61,440 nt of DNA from Acidimicrobiia bacterium (GTDB lineage: Bacteria > Actinomycetota > Acidimicrobiia > Spongiisociales > UBA11373), in contig JBBDMM010000013.1 of the NCBI GenBank assembly GCA_040878325.1, forward strand, positions 1 through 61,440, written 5' to 3'. Below the pieces are notes generated by a model. The model did no database searches. It saw only the letters and a program-made list of their open reading frames with translations, and was not told the DNA's origin. Shown here in pieces: positions 28,585-39,289 of the stretch. Each line of letters starts with the position of its first letter. Within the stretch, counting starts at the first letter, position 1. The position numbers and the translations under genes are program-made.

Positions 28585-29610
28585 ATGAATCGCAGGAGCG
28601 GAAGGGTGGTTGTGGCGCTGATCGCGTTGTCCCTGGTGGGGGCGGCATGCGGTGGCGGCAACGGCGATGGCGGCGACATCACCCGAATTGCCATCTCCGG
28701 CTCGTCGACCGTCGAACCCATTTCAGCGCGGGTGGCGCAGGCATTCACTGACATTCCCGAGAACTCGAGCGTCGCCATCGCGGTCGACGGCCCGGGTACT
28801 TCGGATGGCTTCGTGCTGTTCTGCAACGGAGAGACCGACATCTCGGATGCCTCCCGGGCGATCAAGCAGGAGGAGTTCGACACCTGCATCGCCAACGGGG
28901 TGGAGCCGATCGAGATCAAGGTGGCGATCGACGGGCTCTCCGTGATCACCTCGGTCAACAACGACGCCGTCTCGTGCCTCGACTTCGGCGACCTCTACGC
29001 ACTGCTTGGTGCCGAATCCGTCGGATTCGACAATTGGTCCGATGCAGACACCCTCGCCGCCGAGCTGGCCGCGGCCGGGCTGGGGGGATCACACGCCCCG
29101 TACCCGGATGCGCCGATCGTGATCACCGCGCCGGGTGAGGAGTCGGGGACCTTCGACTCCTTCATCGAGATCGTCCTCGAAGGCACCGCCGACGCTCGCG
29201 GCACCGAGGCCGAGCCGCGGCTCGACTACCAGGCGTCGCCCAACGACGACGTGATCATCGACGGGATCAGCCGAAACGACACCTCGCTCGGATGGGTCGG
29301 GTACGCGTTTTACGTCAATAACGCCAGCTCCGTGAAGGCCCTCGATGTCGACGGTGGCGACGGGTGTGTGACCCCCAGCCCCGAGACGATCGCCAGCGGC
29401 GAGTACCCGATCTCCCGACCGCTGTTCATCTATGTGAACGGGGCCGAGCTCGCCGAGAAGCCCCGGTTGGCCGACTTCGTCGACTTCTACCTGGGTGAGG
29501 CCGGCAACGTGGCCACCGACGGGGCAGGCTATGTCCGCCTCACCGATGAGGAGCGCGCCATGTGGAAGGCCAACTGGGACGCCCGCACGGTCGGCAAGGT
29601 CGACGGCTGA
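28585..29610 (+). CDS. pstS: Phosphate ABC substrate-binding lipoprotein
   Basis: Lipobox GAAC, SGSSTVEPI, DISDASRAIK and YPISRPLFIY. Confidence 0.95.
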   Translation: MNRRSGRVVVALIALSLVGAACGGGNGDGGDITRIAISGSSTVEPISARVAQAFTDIPENSSVAIAVDGPGTSDGFVLFCNGETDISDASRAIKQEEFDTCIANGVEPIEIKVAIDGLSVITSVNNDAVSCLDFGDLYALLGAESVGFDNWSDADTLAAELAAAGLGGSHAPYPDAPIVITAPGEESGTFDSFIEIVLEGTADARGTEAEPRLDYQASPNDDVIIDGISRNDTSLGWVGYAFYVNNASSVKALDVDGGDGCVTPSPETIASGEYPISRPLFIYVNGAELAEKPRLADFVDFYLGEAGNVATDGAGYVRLTDEERAMWKANWDARTVGKVDG

Positions 29611-29653
29611 GCAGAGGGCGTAGCTCCTCCCGCCTCTCTCCCGGGCGGGATGA

Positions 29654-29696
29654 GTGGGTGGTGGGCCGGATCAGGATCCTCCGGCCCACCACCCAC
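29654..29696 (+). other. 17-bp stem-loop between pstS and pstC (mRNA stabiliser or partial terminator)
   Basis: GTGGGTGGTGGGCCGGA-N9-TCCGGCCCACCACCCAC. Confidence 0.65.
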
Positions 29697-29716
29697 CCCT
29701 CGAGCAGTCCGGATCG

Positions 29717-30646
29717 ATGATTACTCAGGACGACATCAGCATCGCACTCGCCGGCAGCCCGGTGCGCCGGCGCCGCGAGCGCCGCATCCGACGCCTCTTC
29801 CTGGGGGCTGCAGCCGCGTCGGTGCTGATCAGCGTGGCGATCGTGGCATCCCTCTTCGGTGAGGCTTGGACCTTCATCAGCAACGTCGGCTTCACACCGC
29901 TGGCCGACATCGGCTGGTTCCCGCGGCGCGGCCTGTACGACATCCGCACGCTCCTCGTGGGGACCCTGCTTGTGGCGGGCATCGCCATGGTGGTGGCCGG
30001 ACCGCTGGGTATGGGCACCGCGGTCTACCTGAGCGAGTACGCCTCGCCCCGCACCCGGAGGTGGCTCAAGCCGGCCGTCGAGATGCTGGCGGGAATCCCC
30101 AGTGTTGTCCTGGGCTATTTCGCCCTGACCTTCATCTCGCCGTCGTTGCTCCGCCCGATCTTCGGAGAGGGCCTCTCCGGTTTCAACATGCTGGCCGCCG
30201 GACTTGGCGTGGGAATCCTCACGATCCCGCTGGTCGCTTCGGTTACCGAGGATTCGCTCCGCGCGGTCCCGCTCGCCCTGCGGGAGGCCGCCTACGGCCT
30301 CGGCGCCACCAAGATGTCGACGAGTATCCGCGTCGTGATCCCCGCCGCGGTCTCAGGAATCGTGGCCTCCATGATCATCGCTTTCTCCCGGGCGATCGGA
30401 GAGACCATGGTGGTAGCGATCGCCGCCGGCGCAACCGGCGGCTCGCTGTTCACCGTCGATCCACTCGGTGGTGGCCAGACGATGACTGCGGCTATGGCGT
30501 CTCTCGCGATCGGATCCGACCGGGTCCGCGGTGACGACTATGCCTTCCAGAGCCTGTTCTTCCTCGGCCTGGTCCTGTTTCTCGCCACCCTCATCCTCAA
30601 CGTGGTCGCCGAGCGCTTCGTCCGCAGAGTGAGGCGGCAGTACTGA
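29717..30646 (+). CDS. pstC: Phosphate ABC permease
   Basis: AVYLSEYA, LAGIPSVVLGYF and SRAIGETMVV. Confidence 0.95.
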   Translation: MITQDDISIALAGSPVRRRRERRIRRLFLGAAAASVLISVAIVASLFGEAWTFISNVGFTPLADIGWFPRRGLYDIRTLLVGTLLVAGIAMVVAGPLGMGTAVYLSEYASPRTRRWLKPAVEMLAGIPSVVLGYFALTFISPSLLRPIFGEGLSGFNMLAAGLGVGILTIPLVASVTEDSLRAVPLALREAAYGLGATKMSTSIRVVIPAAVSGIVASMIIAFSRAIGETMVVAIAAGATGGSLFTVDPLGGGQTMTAAMASLAIGSDRVRGDDYAFQSLFFLGLVLFLATLILNVVAERFVRRVRRQY

Positions 30647-31596
30647 TGAACGCTTCGGCAATCGCCACCGCTCCGGAAGCCGTCGTTCGGGCGCTGACCA
30701 CCCGCCGCCGTGATCTTCGGGGCGGGGCATTCCGACTGGTCTTGCTGGGGTCCCTGCTGGTGGCCATTGGTGTCCTGGTCACGCTGCTGGTCGATATCGG
30801 GGCGAGAAGCGCATCGGTCTGGGGAGACCGCGGGATCGTGGATCTGATCAGCACCGAGATGTCAGCAGACCCCGAGCGCGCCGGCATCTGGCAGGCCTTT
30901 TACGGATCCCTCGTGCTGATGGTGTTCACGGCCGCGCTGGCCTTTCCTCTCGGCATCGGAGCCGCCATTTACCTGGAGGAGTACGCCCTGGACACCCGCT
31001 TCACCCGAATCGTCAACGCCAACATTCGCAACCTCGCCGGGGTTCCATCGATCGTCTATGGCCTGCTGGGACTGGCCATCTTCGTGAAGATCCTCGGCGG
31101 GTTGACGGGGCCGAACGTAGAGGGACGGAGCATCATCTCGGGCGGCCTGACCCTCGGAATCCTGGTGCTGCCCATCGTCATCATCACCACGGCCGAGGCC
31201 CTCCGCGCGGTACCGGTGGCGATCCGCGAGGGAGCGGTAGGTGTGGGGGCAACCCAGTGGCAGGCGATTCGACACCACGTTCTCCCCGTGGCCGCTCCAG
31301 GCATCCTCACCGGCACCATCCTCTCCCTCGGCCGCGCCTTCGGCGAGGCGGCACCGTTGCTCCTGGTCGGCGGGATCACCACCTTCTTCAGCTCGGGAGG
31401 GGCGGGGTTCGTCGAGACACTCCAGGGAAGGTTCAGCGCCATGCCGGTGCTGGTGTTCTCGTGGGCCCGGCTCCCCCAGGCGGAGTTCAAGGCACTGACG
31501 GCGGCGCTCATCGTGGTGATGCTCGTGGTGCTGCTGCTCATCAATGCGACTGCGATCTACCTGCGCAACCGATTCGAGAAGGGCGTGAAGACGTGA
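30646..31596 (+). CDS. pstA: Phosphate ABC permease
   Basis: [22 protein letters not shown] and [11 protein letters not shown]. Confidence 0.95.
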   Translation: MNASAIATAPEAVVRALTTRRRDLRGGAFRLVLLGSLLVAIGVLVTLLVDIGARSASVWGDRGIVDLISTEMSADPERAGIWQAFYGSLVLMVFTAALAFPLGIGAAIYLEEYALDTRFTRIVNANIRNLAGVPSIVYGLLGLAIFVKILGGLTGPNVEGRSIISGGLTLGILVLPIVIITTAEALRAVPVAIREGAVGVGATQWQAIRHHVLPVAAPGILTGTILSLGRAFGEAAPLLLVGGITTFFSSGGAGFVETLQGRFSAMPVLVFSWARLPQAEFKALTAALIVVMLVVLLLINATAIYLRNRFEKGVKT

Positions 31597-32438
31597 CGAC
31601 TCCCGACAAGCGGCCCCAGAGCCGGCGGTTCGAAGTGGCGGCCAGCCCGAAGTCGTCAAACGGTGGTGCGCTCTTCGCCCTCGAAGACCTGGCGGTCTCG
31701 TATGGCGCCTTTCAGGCGATCGCGGGAGTCACGATGAACGTCCGGCCGAACGAGATCACCGCGTTCATCGGGCCGTCGGGCTGCGGGAAGACCACCCTCT
31801 TGCGGTGTTTCAACCGTATGAACGACCTGATCGAGTCGGCAACGGTGAGCGGCTCGGTCAAGTATCACGGAGTGGATCTCTACGGGCCGAGGGTCGACCC
31901 GGTCGAGGTGCGCCGCCGGATCGGCATGGTGTTCCAGAAGGCGAATCCGTTTCCGAAGTCCATCTACGACAACATCACCTTCGGACCCCGCATCGCAGGC
32001 TATTCGGGCGACCTCGACGACCTGGTTGAAGAGTCCCTCATCCGAGCCGCCCTCTGGGACGAGGTCAAAGACAAGCTCGACGAGTTCGCTCCCGCGCTCT
32101 CGGGCGGCCAGCAACAGCGGCTCTGTATCGCCCGAGCCATCGCCACCAACCCCGATGTCGTGCTGATGGACGAGCCGTGCTCGGCGCTCGACCCGATCGC
32201 CACCCACAAGATCGAGGAGTTGATGCTGACCCTCAAGCAGGACTACACGATCGTGATCGTCACCCACAACATGCAGCAGGCGGCGAGGGTGTCGGATCGA
32301 ACCGCCTTCTTCACCGTCGACGTCGGCGAGGAAGGGCAGCGAACCGGCCGCCTCGTGGAGTTCGACGACACCGGAGTCATCTTCACCAATCCCCGGGAAC
32401 AGGCAACCGAGGACTACATAACCGGCCGGTTCGGCTGA
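31593..32438 (+). CDS. pstB: Phosphate ABC ATP-binding protein
   Basis: [29 protein letters not shown] and [13 protein letters not shown] start overlaps the pstA stop. Confidence 0.96.
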   Translation: MTTPDKRPQSRRFEVAASPKSSNGGALFALEDLAVSYGAFQAIAGVTMNVRPNEITAFIGPSGCGKTTLLRCFNRMNDLIESATVSGSVKYHGVDLYGPRVDPVEVRRRIGMVFQKANPFPKSIYDNITFGPRIAGYSGDLDDLVEESLIRAALWDEVKDKLDEFAPALSGGQQQRLCIARAIATNPDVVLMDEPCSALDPIATHKIEELMLTLKQDYTIVIVTHNMQQAARVSDRTAFFTVDVGEEGQRTGRLVEFDDTGVIFTNPREQATEDYITGRFG

Positions 32439-32488
32439 TGAATTCGAGTGCGGCGAGCAACCCCTGGCGTACCCTCTGAGAGGACACG

Positions 32489-33178
32489 ATGCAACATCCC
32501 CACGACGACACCCGGCACCATTTCAACGAGACTCTCGACGCCATCCTCCGGGGGACGGTCGAGCTGGGCGCCCTCGTCCACGAGAACATGCTTCGAACCA
32601 CTGAAGCAGTGCTCGAGAACCAGCTCGAACTGGCCAACCAGGTGCTCGCTGCCGACGACGAGATCGATGAGAAGTATGTCGCGCTCGAGCATCGCGTTTT
32701 CGAGGTGATGGCTCGCCAGCAGCCCGTGGCCGGCGACCTGCGGTTCCTGGTGTCGATGACGCGGGTTCTCTACGAGATCGAGCGAAGTGGCGACCTCGCC
32801 GTCAACGTGGCCAAGGGCCTGATCCGGCGCGAGGGCTACACCCTCCCGCCCGCCATCCACAGCCTGATCGCCCGCCTGTCGCGCGAGGCGGCCGCACTGT
32901 TCCGCCAGGGGCTCGACGCCCTGGCCGACCTGGATTCCGAGGCGGGCGTGCGCCTGGATGCAGAGGATGATGCAGTCGACGACCTGGTGGGCGAGTTGTA
33001 CTCGGCCATAGCCCAGGGATCAGGCGACATGGGCTTCGATCTCGCGGTCGAGCTTTCTCGGGTGGGCCGCTACATGGAGCGGATCGCCGACCATGGCGTG
33101 AACATCGCCGAGCACGTGACCTTCATCGTCACCGGCTCGTTCCCCGAGGAATCCGCAACCACTTCCGACGAGGGCTGA
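32489..33178 (+). CDS. phoU: Phosphate signalling protein PhoU
   Basis: RQQPVAGDLR, EIERSGDLAVNVAK and ERIADHGVNIAE. Confidence 0.96.
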   Translation: MQHPHDDTRHHFNETLDAILRGTVELGALVHENMLRTTEAVLENQLELANQVLAADDEIDEKYVALEHRVFEVMARQQPVAGDLRFLVSMTRVLYEIERSGDLAVNVAKGLIRREGYTLPPAIHSLIARLSREAAALFRQGLDALADLDSEAGVRLDAEDDAVDDLVGELYSAIAQGSGDMGFDLAVELSRVGRYMERIADHGVNIAEHVTFIVTGSFPEESATTSDEG

Positions 33179-33199
33179 CACCCACGCTGGCGGCGCTTC

Positions 33200-34138
33200 T
33201 CAGTCGAACCAGCGTCGCCAGAGTCGCACGAAGAAGCCCCGCTCGCCCGGTTCGGGCAGTTCGGCCAGCACGGCCACCAGGTGGTCAGGGGGAAGGTCGC
33301 CAACCAGCACATACGACCGATCCGGGCTGCTCCAGTGCACCCAGACGGTGGTCGGGCTCACGATCCGGCGATACACCCCACCGTCGACACTGAACCGGGT
33401 CGCCTGCCGGAACTCCACCGGTATCGCCCCCCGCTTCGCCTCGAATACCGAGAAGGAGAACAACCCGTCGGTGTAATACGACTGGACACCACCCAGCGGA
33501 GCCGAATACGAGTCGGCCCGGCGATATCCGGCGGCGGTGGCCGGCAAGTGGGCGGACTCGCCGGCCGACTGCATGACGCTGCGCGCATCGAAGTCGGTCG
33601 GCATCGGCGGGTGATCATCCCTCGAGCCGACCGAGAACTCGACGAGGGTGGCGAGCCTGTAAAGGCGTCCCTCTCCGTCGAAGATCTCGGTCACCAACGG
33701 AATCGTGCTCTCGTCGTCGATGACGAGCCGCGCTCGCACCCGCTGGTTCTCCAGGATCGTCACCGCCGTTGCCGGCCGGCCCAAACGGTTCGTGGCGACA
33801 GGCTCTCCGAGCGTGTACCGATCGCTCAGCGTCCACGACGACCATTCAGCCACCTCGAGCGCGTACCACCCCGAGTCCGAGCCGACTGCGACCAGGGATC
33901 CGGAGAGCATGAGGTCGCGATGGGGTCCATGCACCATGGACATTCCGGCGGACCTCTCCACCTCGTAGGTTGCCGCAGCCGAGTCCGCCCCCCAATAGCA
34001 CATCACTACCCCGACCGCGTGGAACTCGCCCGAGCCGGCGTTCGCCATCAAATCCTCGAGGGAGTCGTCGGCGGCGGCGCCTAGCGGCAGCGACACGGCC
34101 ACCGCCACGATCAGGGTGGTCAGTCCCCGGCGGCTCAC
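33200..34138 (-). CDS. MucB/RseB-like exported sigma-E regulatory protein
   Basis: Signal peptide, LGRPATAVTI, YTDGLFSFSVFE and YVLVGDLPPD. Third gene of the sigE operon. Confidence 0.75.
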   Translation of the reverse strand: MSRRGLTTLIVAVAVSLPLGAAADDSLEDLMANAGSGEFHAVGVVMCYWGADSAAATYEVERSAGMSMVHGPHRDLMLSGSLVAVGSDSGWYALEVAEWSSWTLSDRYTLGEPVATNRLGRPATAVTILENQRVRARLVIDDESTIPLVTEIFDGEGRLYRLATLVEFSVGSRDDHPPMPTDFDARSVMQSAGESAHLPATAAGYRRADSYSAPLGGVQSYYTDGLFSFSVFEAKRGAIPVEFRQATRFSVDGGVYRRIVSPTTVWVHWSSPDRSYVLVGDLPPDHLVAVLAELPEPGERGFFVRLWRRWFD

Positions 34139-34518
34139 GGGTCACCCGCCGGGCCGCGGAGTGTGGAGATGCCGGGATCGACGACGAGCCGGGCGGTGTG
34201 CTGGTCGCGGAGCGTGTCGAAATCGAAAGCAGCCTCGGGCTCGTCGGGAACAAATGCCAGGCCGAGAGCGATCACCGCCGCGGCGACACCCGATAGCGCC
34301 CAAGCCACCGAGGGACGCCAAGCTCTGGCGGGGCGCCGACCGATCCGAGGAGGTTCGAGCATCGGCAGCGAGCGGACCGCATCGCGGGCTTCCTCGAGAG
34401 TCCGGAGCCCATCCCGGCATCTCGAGCACCCCTCGAGATGCTCGAGCACGAGGCGTCGGTCGGCGGGCGAGGCTTCGCCGTCCAGGTAGGCCGACAGGAG
34501 GTCGCCGGGGTGGCTCAC
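34135..34518 (-). CDS. zf-HC2 membrane anti-sigma factor (RseA-like)
   Basis: LLSAYLDGE...HLEGCSRC followed by a TM helix. Confidence 0.9.
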   Translation of the reverse strand: MSHPGDLLSAYLDGEASPADRRLVLEHLEGCSRCRDGLRTLEEARDAVRSLPMLEPPRIGRRPARAWRPSVAWALSGVAAAVIALGLAFVPDEPEAAFDFDTLRDQHTARLVVDPGISTLRGPAGDP

Positions 34519-35015
34519 GTCAGCAACTCCTTCAGCATCTTGCGCCCTCGGTGGATTCGACTGCGCACCGTGCCGACAGGTATCGCGGCCGCCTCGGCGA
34601 TCTCTTCATAAGTGAGTCCCACGACGTCACGCAGGACGACGGCCTCGCGGAAATCGTATGGCAACTGCAGCAAGGCGCGCTGGACGTCCTCACCGAGCCT
34701 GACCCGAGCCAGTTCCTCGTCCGGGGACGGTGATGGCGCCAGGCCTCCCGGATCGTCATCCGGGAGGGGCACGCTCGGCCGGCGTTTGCGCCGCCTGACA
34801 TCGTCGAGGAACGCGTTGCGGGTGATCCGCCACAGCCACCCGTCGAATGATCCCGGGCGATAGCCCTCGAGACCCTTGCGGACGCGGAGAAGAACCTCCT
34901 GGACGAGGTCGCCGGCATCGTCGCGGTTGCCCGTGAGGCGGTACGCGAAGTTGTAGATCTTGCGCCCATGATCGCGTGCTACCTCTTCCCAGGAGGGGAC
35001 GGCGTCGTCAGCCAT
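34515..35015 (-). CDS. sigE: ECF sigma factor (SigE-like)
   Basis: PSWEEVARDH, AYRLTGN, PGSFDGWLWRIT and GTVRSRIHRGR. Confidence 0.88.
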   Translation of the reverse strand: MADDAVPSWEEVARDHGRKIYNFAYRLTGNRDDAGDLVQEVLLRVRKGLEGYRPGSFDGWLWRITRNAFLDDVRRRKRRPSVPLPDDDPGGLAPSPSPDEELARVRLGEDVQRALLQLPYDFREAVVLRDVVGLTYEEIAEAAAIPVGTVRSRIHRGRKMLKELLT

Positions 35016-35029
35016 CCGCCATTCCCGCT

Positions 35030-35055
35030 AACGCCAGGAGCCCGGGCCGAGTTCC
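35030..35055 (-). promoter_or_regulatory. ECF (SigE/SigH-type) promoter, probably autoregulatory
   Basis: Minus strand GGAAC-N17-CGTT immediately upstream of sigE. Confidence 0.7.
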
Positions 35056-35087
35056 TCGGCCGGCAGCGCGCAATCCGGTGGAGGGCA

Positions 35088-36002
35088 CTAGCGGAGTGCG
35101 AGTGCGTCGATGAACCCCTGCAAGCGTTCCCGCGTGACGAATCGAACCCGCCCGTCACGCCGCTCACGGTCATAGATCTCGAACGGGGCGTACTTCTCGG
35201 AGAACAGCAAGCCACGATCACTACCTGAACCGCCGAAGTCGACCACGAACTTTCTGATGGCCGACTCATCGAGCTCCGGATGGGCGCCCGCCGAGTGGGG
35301 AACGACCCGCACGAAGGTCGTCTGACCGGCCCGGCGAGCCCGGAAGGTGTCGGGACCGGCCGGCTCGATCATGTACCCGCCTGCACGCATCAGGCCGACC
35401 GCGACATCGGGGCCGGTTGCCACCGTCGGGTCGATGCCCTGGGTGCGCAAGGCGGCGGCGGCCGCGGCGGGAAGCCGGACTTCCGTGGAGAACGGGGGAA
35501 GTTCCTCGCCCCTGGTGGGGACCGCGACTCCGGGGACGGTCTGGGGCAGGGAGGAGATGTGGTCGAACACGTCGAGATCGCGGGCGCCGTGCGGCATCAG
35601 CTCGGGAAGCATCGGCGGAGGGAGTTCCCCGGGGGTGTCGAGCGACACGGTCGCCGCCACCGACCAGTCGCCGCCGCGGCGGCCGAGCGCCACGACTTCG
35701 TCGACATCATCGATTGGCAGTGAGTGCCGCTTCTCCCGTACGACTTCGACGGCCTCTCGGCCGAGGAGCTCGGAGAACACCTCGTCGGGCTCGTCGGGTA
35801 ACGGGACGTCGAAGTGGACCCGGGCCGACTGTTGACTGACGTGAAACTCCGCCACCGTTGGCCGCAGACGGTCGGATTCGACCGTCTGCGTCCCCGGTGA
35901 GCTCGCCGCGGTCACCGACCCGACCGAGGAACGTGAACGAGAAACCAGCAGGATCACGATGCCCAGGGCGACGACACCTACACCGACGATGACCCACACC
36001 AT
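35088..36002 (-). CDS. Membrane-anchored hypothetical protein with a possible degenerate Mrr-like C-terminal domain
   Basis: N-terminal TM helix, TAGAAT promoter and GGAG RBS. C-terminal pattern LMRAGGY...SAIRKF...DRGLLFS...VRFVTRERL. Confidence 0.7.
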   Translation of the reverse strand: MVWVIVGVGVVALGIVILLVSRSRSSVGSVTAASSPGTQTVESDRLRPTVAEFHVSQQSARVHFDVPLPDEPDEVFSELLGREAVEVVREKRHSLPIDDVDEVVALGRRGGDWSVAATVSLDTPGELPPPMLPELMPHGARDLDVFDHISSLPQTVPGVAVPTRGEELPPFSTEVRLPAAAAAALRTQGIDPTVATGPDVAVGLMRAGGYMIEPAGPDTFRARRAGQTTFVRVVPHSAGAHPELDESAIRKFVVDFGGSGSDRGLLFSEKYAPFEIYDRERRDGRVRFVTRERLQGFIDALALR

Positions 36003-36139
36003 GTGTCCACTCCCTGGTCGAGTCGGGCCATTCTACGGTGGCCCAGCCGCTCGGCCCGAAATGCGCAATGAGCGCATCGCTTGAGGCCACCCGCTCGTCA
36101 GGTGCTCCGGGGGGAGCCGAGGGGCGGGAGGCGGACGAC

Positions 36140-36421
36140 CTACGACGCCCGGCGCGCCGCGGCGATCTGGCGGTCGCGGCGGACACGGCGCCGCTCACGC
36201 TCTGACATGCCACCCCAGATGCCGAACTTCTCGCCCGTGACGATGGCGAACTCGAGGCATTCGGCGCGTACCTGGCATTCCCTGCAGATTGCCTTGGCTG
36301 ACCGGGTGGACGCCCCCCGCTCGGGAAAGAACAGGTCGGCGTTCGCCCCCTTGCAGTTGGCCTCGTCCTGCCACTCCATGTCGGCCCCGGCCGATAACGC
36401 CGCTCTCAAGTCTTCGAGCAT
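36140..36421 (-). CDS. whiB: WhiB family Fe-S transcriptional regulator (WhiB2/WhiB-like)
   Basis: WQDEANC, LFFPERGASTRSAKAIC..C.VRAECLE and GIWGGMSERERR. Confidence 0.93.
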   Translation of the reverse strand: MLEDLRAALSAGADMEWQDEANCKGANADLFFPERGASTRSAKAICRECQVRAECLEFAIVTGEKFGIWGGMSERERRRVRRDRQIAAARRAS

Positions 36422-36603
36422 TTGCCACCCGCTTCTGGGGGAATTACACGCTTGTCATTATTGCGCGCGCACCGCGCGCAGTCAAAGCCGGAAAGTGGCA
36501 ACGCGCTAAGTGGCGCGCGAGATGCCCGCCGCGCGAGGAGTCGCGGGCCGCAAGGGGGGCGGCTTTCGGCCCGAGGGTGAAATCGCGGTGCCGCAGGTGC
36601 GCC

Positions 36604-37365
36604 CTACACCTGGGACGCATACCGCCGGTTGCGCAGCTTGGCCTTGAAGTAGTCCCGGTTCATGACGGCGATGAAGTCGATCGAGATCGACTTGGGACAA
36701 GCGTCCTCGCACTCGCCATGGTTGGTGCAGGACCCAAAGAAGGACTCCATCGTGTCGACCATCGCCTCGACGCGCCGCCACCGCTCGGGCTGGCCCTGGG
36801 GCAAGAGATTCAGGTGGGCGATCTTGGCGGAGGTGAACAACTGGGCGGCGCTGTTGGGACAAGCCGCCACACACGCGCCACAGCCGATGCACACCGCGGC
36901 GTCCATCGCGGTCTCGGCGACGTCCTTGGGAATCGGGATCAGGTTGGCCTCGGGGGCGCTACCGGTGTCGACACCGATGTATCCGCCCGCTTCGATGATC
37001 CGGTCCAGCGCCGAGCGGTCGACCACCAGATCCTTGAGCACCGGAAACGCCGAAGCACGCCAGGGTTCGATGACGATCAAGTCGCCATCGGTGAACTTGC
37101 GCATGTGAAGCTGGCACGCGGCCGTGCCCCGCTCGGGGCCGTGGGCCCGACCATTGATCATCATCCCGCACGAGCCACAGATCCCCTCGCGGCAATCGTG
37201 CTCGAAAGCGATCGGCTCTTGCCCCTCGAGGGTCAGCCGGTCATTGACCACGTCGAGCATCTCGAGGAACGAGGCGTCCGGGCTGATCTCCCGTGCCCGG
37301 TACTCCTCGAACTCACCCGGATGACCGGGCCCCTTCTGCCGCCAGACTCTGAGCGTGAGGTCCAT
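36604..37365 (-). CDS. sdhB: Succinate dehydrogenase/fumarate reductase Fe-S subunit
   Basis: [21 protein letters not shown] and [12 protein letters not shown]. Confidence 0.96.
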   Translation of the reverse strand: MDLTLRVWRQKGPGHPGEFEEYRAREISPDASFLEMLDVVNDRLTLEGQEPIAFEHDCREGICGSCGMMINGRAHGPERGTAACQLHMRKFTDGDLIVIEPWRASAFPVLKDLVVDRSALDRIIEAGGYIGVDTGSAPEANLIPIPKDVAETAMDAAVCIGCGACVAACPNSAAQLFTSAKIAHLNLLPQGQPERWRRVEAMVDTMESFFGSCTNHGECEDACPKSISIDFIAVMNRDYFKAKLRNRRYASQV

Positions 37366-39288
37366 CTACTTGTAGCTCCTGGTCTTCAACTCGACGCTCT
37401 CGAACTCCAGCGGTTCCCGAACCACCTCGGCCGGGTGATCGCGGCCCTGCCATTCCCAGGCGGACACGAACGCGTAGTTCTCATCGTCGCGAAGCGCCTC
37501 GCCCTCCGGGGTCTGGTGCTCCACCCGGAAGTGGCCCCCGCAGGATTCCTCGCGGTAAAGGGCGTCTCGGCACATCAGTTCGGCCAACTCGAAATAGTCG
37601 GCGACCCTCCCCGCCCTCTCGAGAGACTGGTTGATCGACTCTTCCTCACCGAGGATCCTGACATCAGCCTCGAACTCGGCCCGGAGGGCGGGTATCTCGC
37701 CGATCGCCTTCTCGAGCCCTGCCGCACTGCGCCCCATCCCGCAGTGCTCCCACACGATCTTGCCCAGCTCGCGATGGAACCAGTCGACGGTCCGCGAACC
37801 CTTGGTGGACATGAGCCGCCTCGTGTGATCCCGGACCTCGTTCGCTGCTTCCGTGAAGGCCGGATGATCGCTTGGGGGCGCCGCTTGCCCGAGCATCCCC
37901 GACAGGTAGGCGGCGAGGGTGTTGGGAAGGATGAAGTAGCCGTCGGCCAACCCCTGCATGAGGGCACTCGCCCCGAGGCGGTTGGCGCCGTGGTCCGAGA
38001 AGTTGGCCTCGCCGATGGCGTACAAACCGGGAATGGTGGTCATCAGGTCGTAATCGACCCACAGCCCTCCCATCGTGTAATGCGGGGCGGGGTAGATCCT
38101 CATCGGCGTCCGGTACGGATCCTCGCCGGTGATCCGTTCGTACATCTCGAAGAGGTTGCCGTAGCGCTCGTCGATCGCCGCCCGACCGAGCCGCTCGATC
38201 GCGTTGGCAAAGTCGAGGAACACGCCGTTGTGGAGTGGGCCGACGCCCTTGCCCGAGTCGACGGCGCGCTTGGCCGCACGAGATGCGACGTCCCGCGGCA
38301 CCAGGTTGCCGAATGCCGGGTACTGCCGTTCGAGGAAGTAGTCGCGCTCCGACTCGGGGATTTCGCCCGCGGCGCGACCGTCGGTGCCGGAAGCGGGAAC
38401 CCAGATCCGGCCGTCGTTACGGAGCGACTCGGACATGAGGGTGAGCTTCGACTGGAACTCGTCGCTTTGAGGAATGCAGGTGGGGTGAATCTGGGTGAAG
38501 CAAGGATTGGCGAACAGCGCCCCCTTGCGGTGGGCCCTCCAGATCGCCGTCACATTGCAGGCCTTGGCATTGGTCGAGAGGAAGTACGCGTTGCTGTAGC
38601 CGCCAGTCGCCAGGACCACGGCATGCGCCGAGTGCGCGGTGATCTCACCGGAGACGAGGTCACGCACCACGATGCCCGCCGCGCGGCCGTCGACCACCAC
38701 CACGTCGAGCATCTCGGTCCGGTTGAACATCTGCACCGTGCCGGCCTTGATCTGGCGGGCAAGCGCCTGGAAGGCGCCAAGGAGGAGCTGCTGTCCCGTC
38801 TGGCCTCTCGAATAGAAGGTGCGGGCCACCTGGACGCCGCCAAACGAACGATTGGCGAGGAGGCCCCCGTACTCGCGGGCGAACGGCACCCCCTGTGCGG
38901 TCGCTTGGTCGATGATCTCGTTGGCGACCTCCGCCAGCCGGTACACGTTCGCTTCACGGCTGCGGTAATCGCCGCCCTTGATCGTGTCGTAGAACAACCG
39001 GTAGACACTGTCGCCGTCACTCCGATAGTTCTTGGCGGCGTTGATGCCACCCTGGGCCGAGATGCTATGAGCGCGGCGGGGGCTGTCGTGATAGGTGAAG
39101 GCCTTCACCTGGTACCCCTGCTCGCCCAGGGTGGCGGCGGCCGACGCGCCCGCGAGGCCAGTGCCCACCACGATCACCTCGAAGCGGCGTCGGTTGGGAG
39201 GGGCGACCAGCGGCATCTCGAAGCGATGATTCGCCCACTTGTCCTCCAGGCGCCCTGCGGGAATCTTGGCGTCGAGTTGCACCGTCAC
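37366..39288 (-). CDS. sdhA: Succinate dehydrogenase/fumarate reductase flavoprotein
   Basis: [34 protein letters not shown] and [10 protein letters not shown]. Confidence 0.96.
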   Translation of the reverse strand: MTVQLDAKIPAGRLEDKWANHRFEMPLVAPPNRRRFEVIVVGTGLAGASAAATLGEQGYQVKAFTYHDSPRRAHSISAQGGINAAKNYRSDGDSVYRLFYDTIKGGDYRSREANVYRLAEVANEIIDQATAQGVPFAREYGGLLANRSFGGVQVARTFYSRGQTGQQLLLGAFQALARQIKAGTVQMFNRTEMLDVVVVDGRAAGIVVRDLVSGEITAHSAHAVVLATGGYSNAYFLSTNAKACNVTAIWRAHRKGALFANPCFTQIHPTCIPQSDEFQSKLTLMSESLRNDGRIWVPASGTDGRAAGEIPESERDYFLERQYPAFGNLVPRDVASRAAKRAVDSGKGVGPLHNGVFLDFANAIERLGRAAIDERYGNLFEMYERITGEDPYRTPMRIYPAPHYTMGGLWVDYDLMTTIPGLYAIGEANFSDHGANRLGASALMQGLADGYFILPNTLAAYLSGMLGQAAPPSDHPAFTEAANEVRDHTRRLMSTKGSRTVDWFHRELGKIVWEHCGMGRSAAGLEKAIGEIPALRAEFEADVRILGEEESINQSLERAGRVADYFELAELMCRDALYREESCGGHFRVEHQTPEGEALRDDENYAFVSAWEWQGRDHPAEVVREPLEFESVELKTRSYK

Positions 39289-39289
39289 C

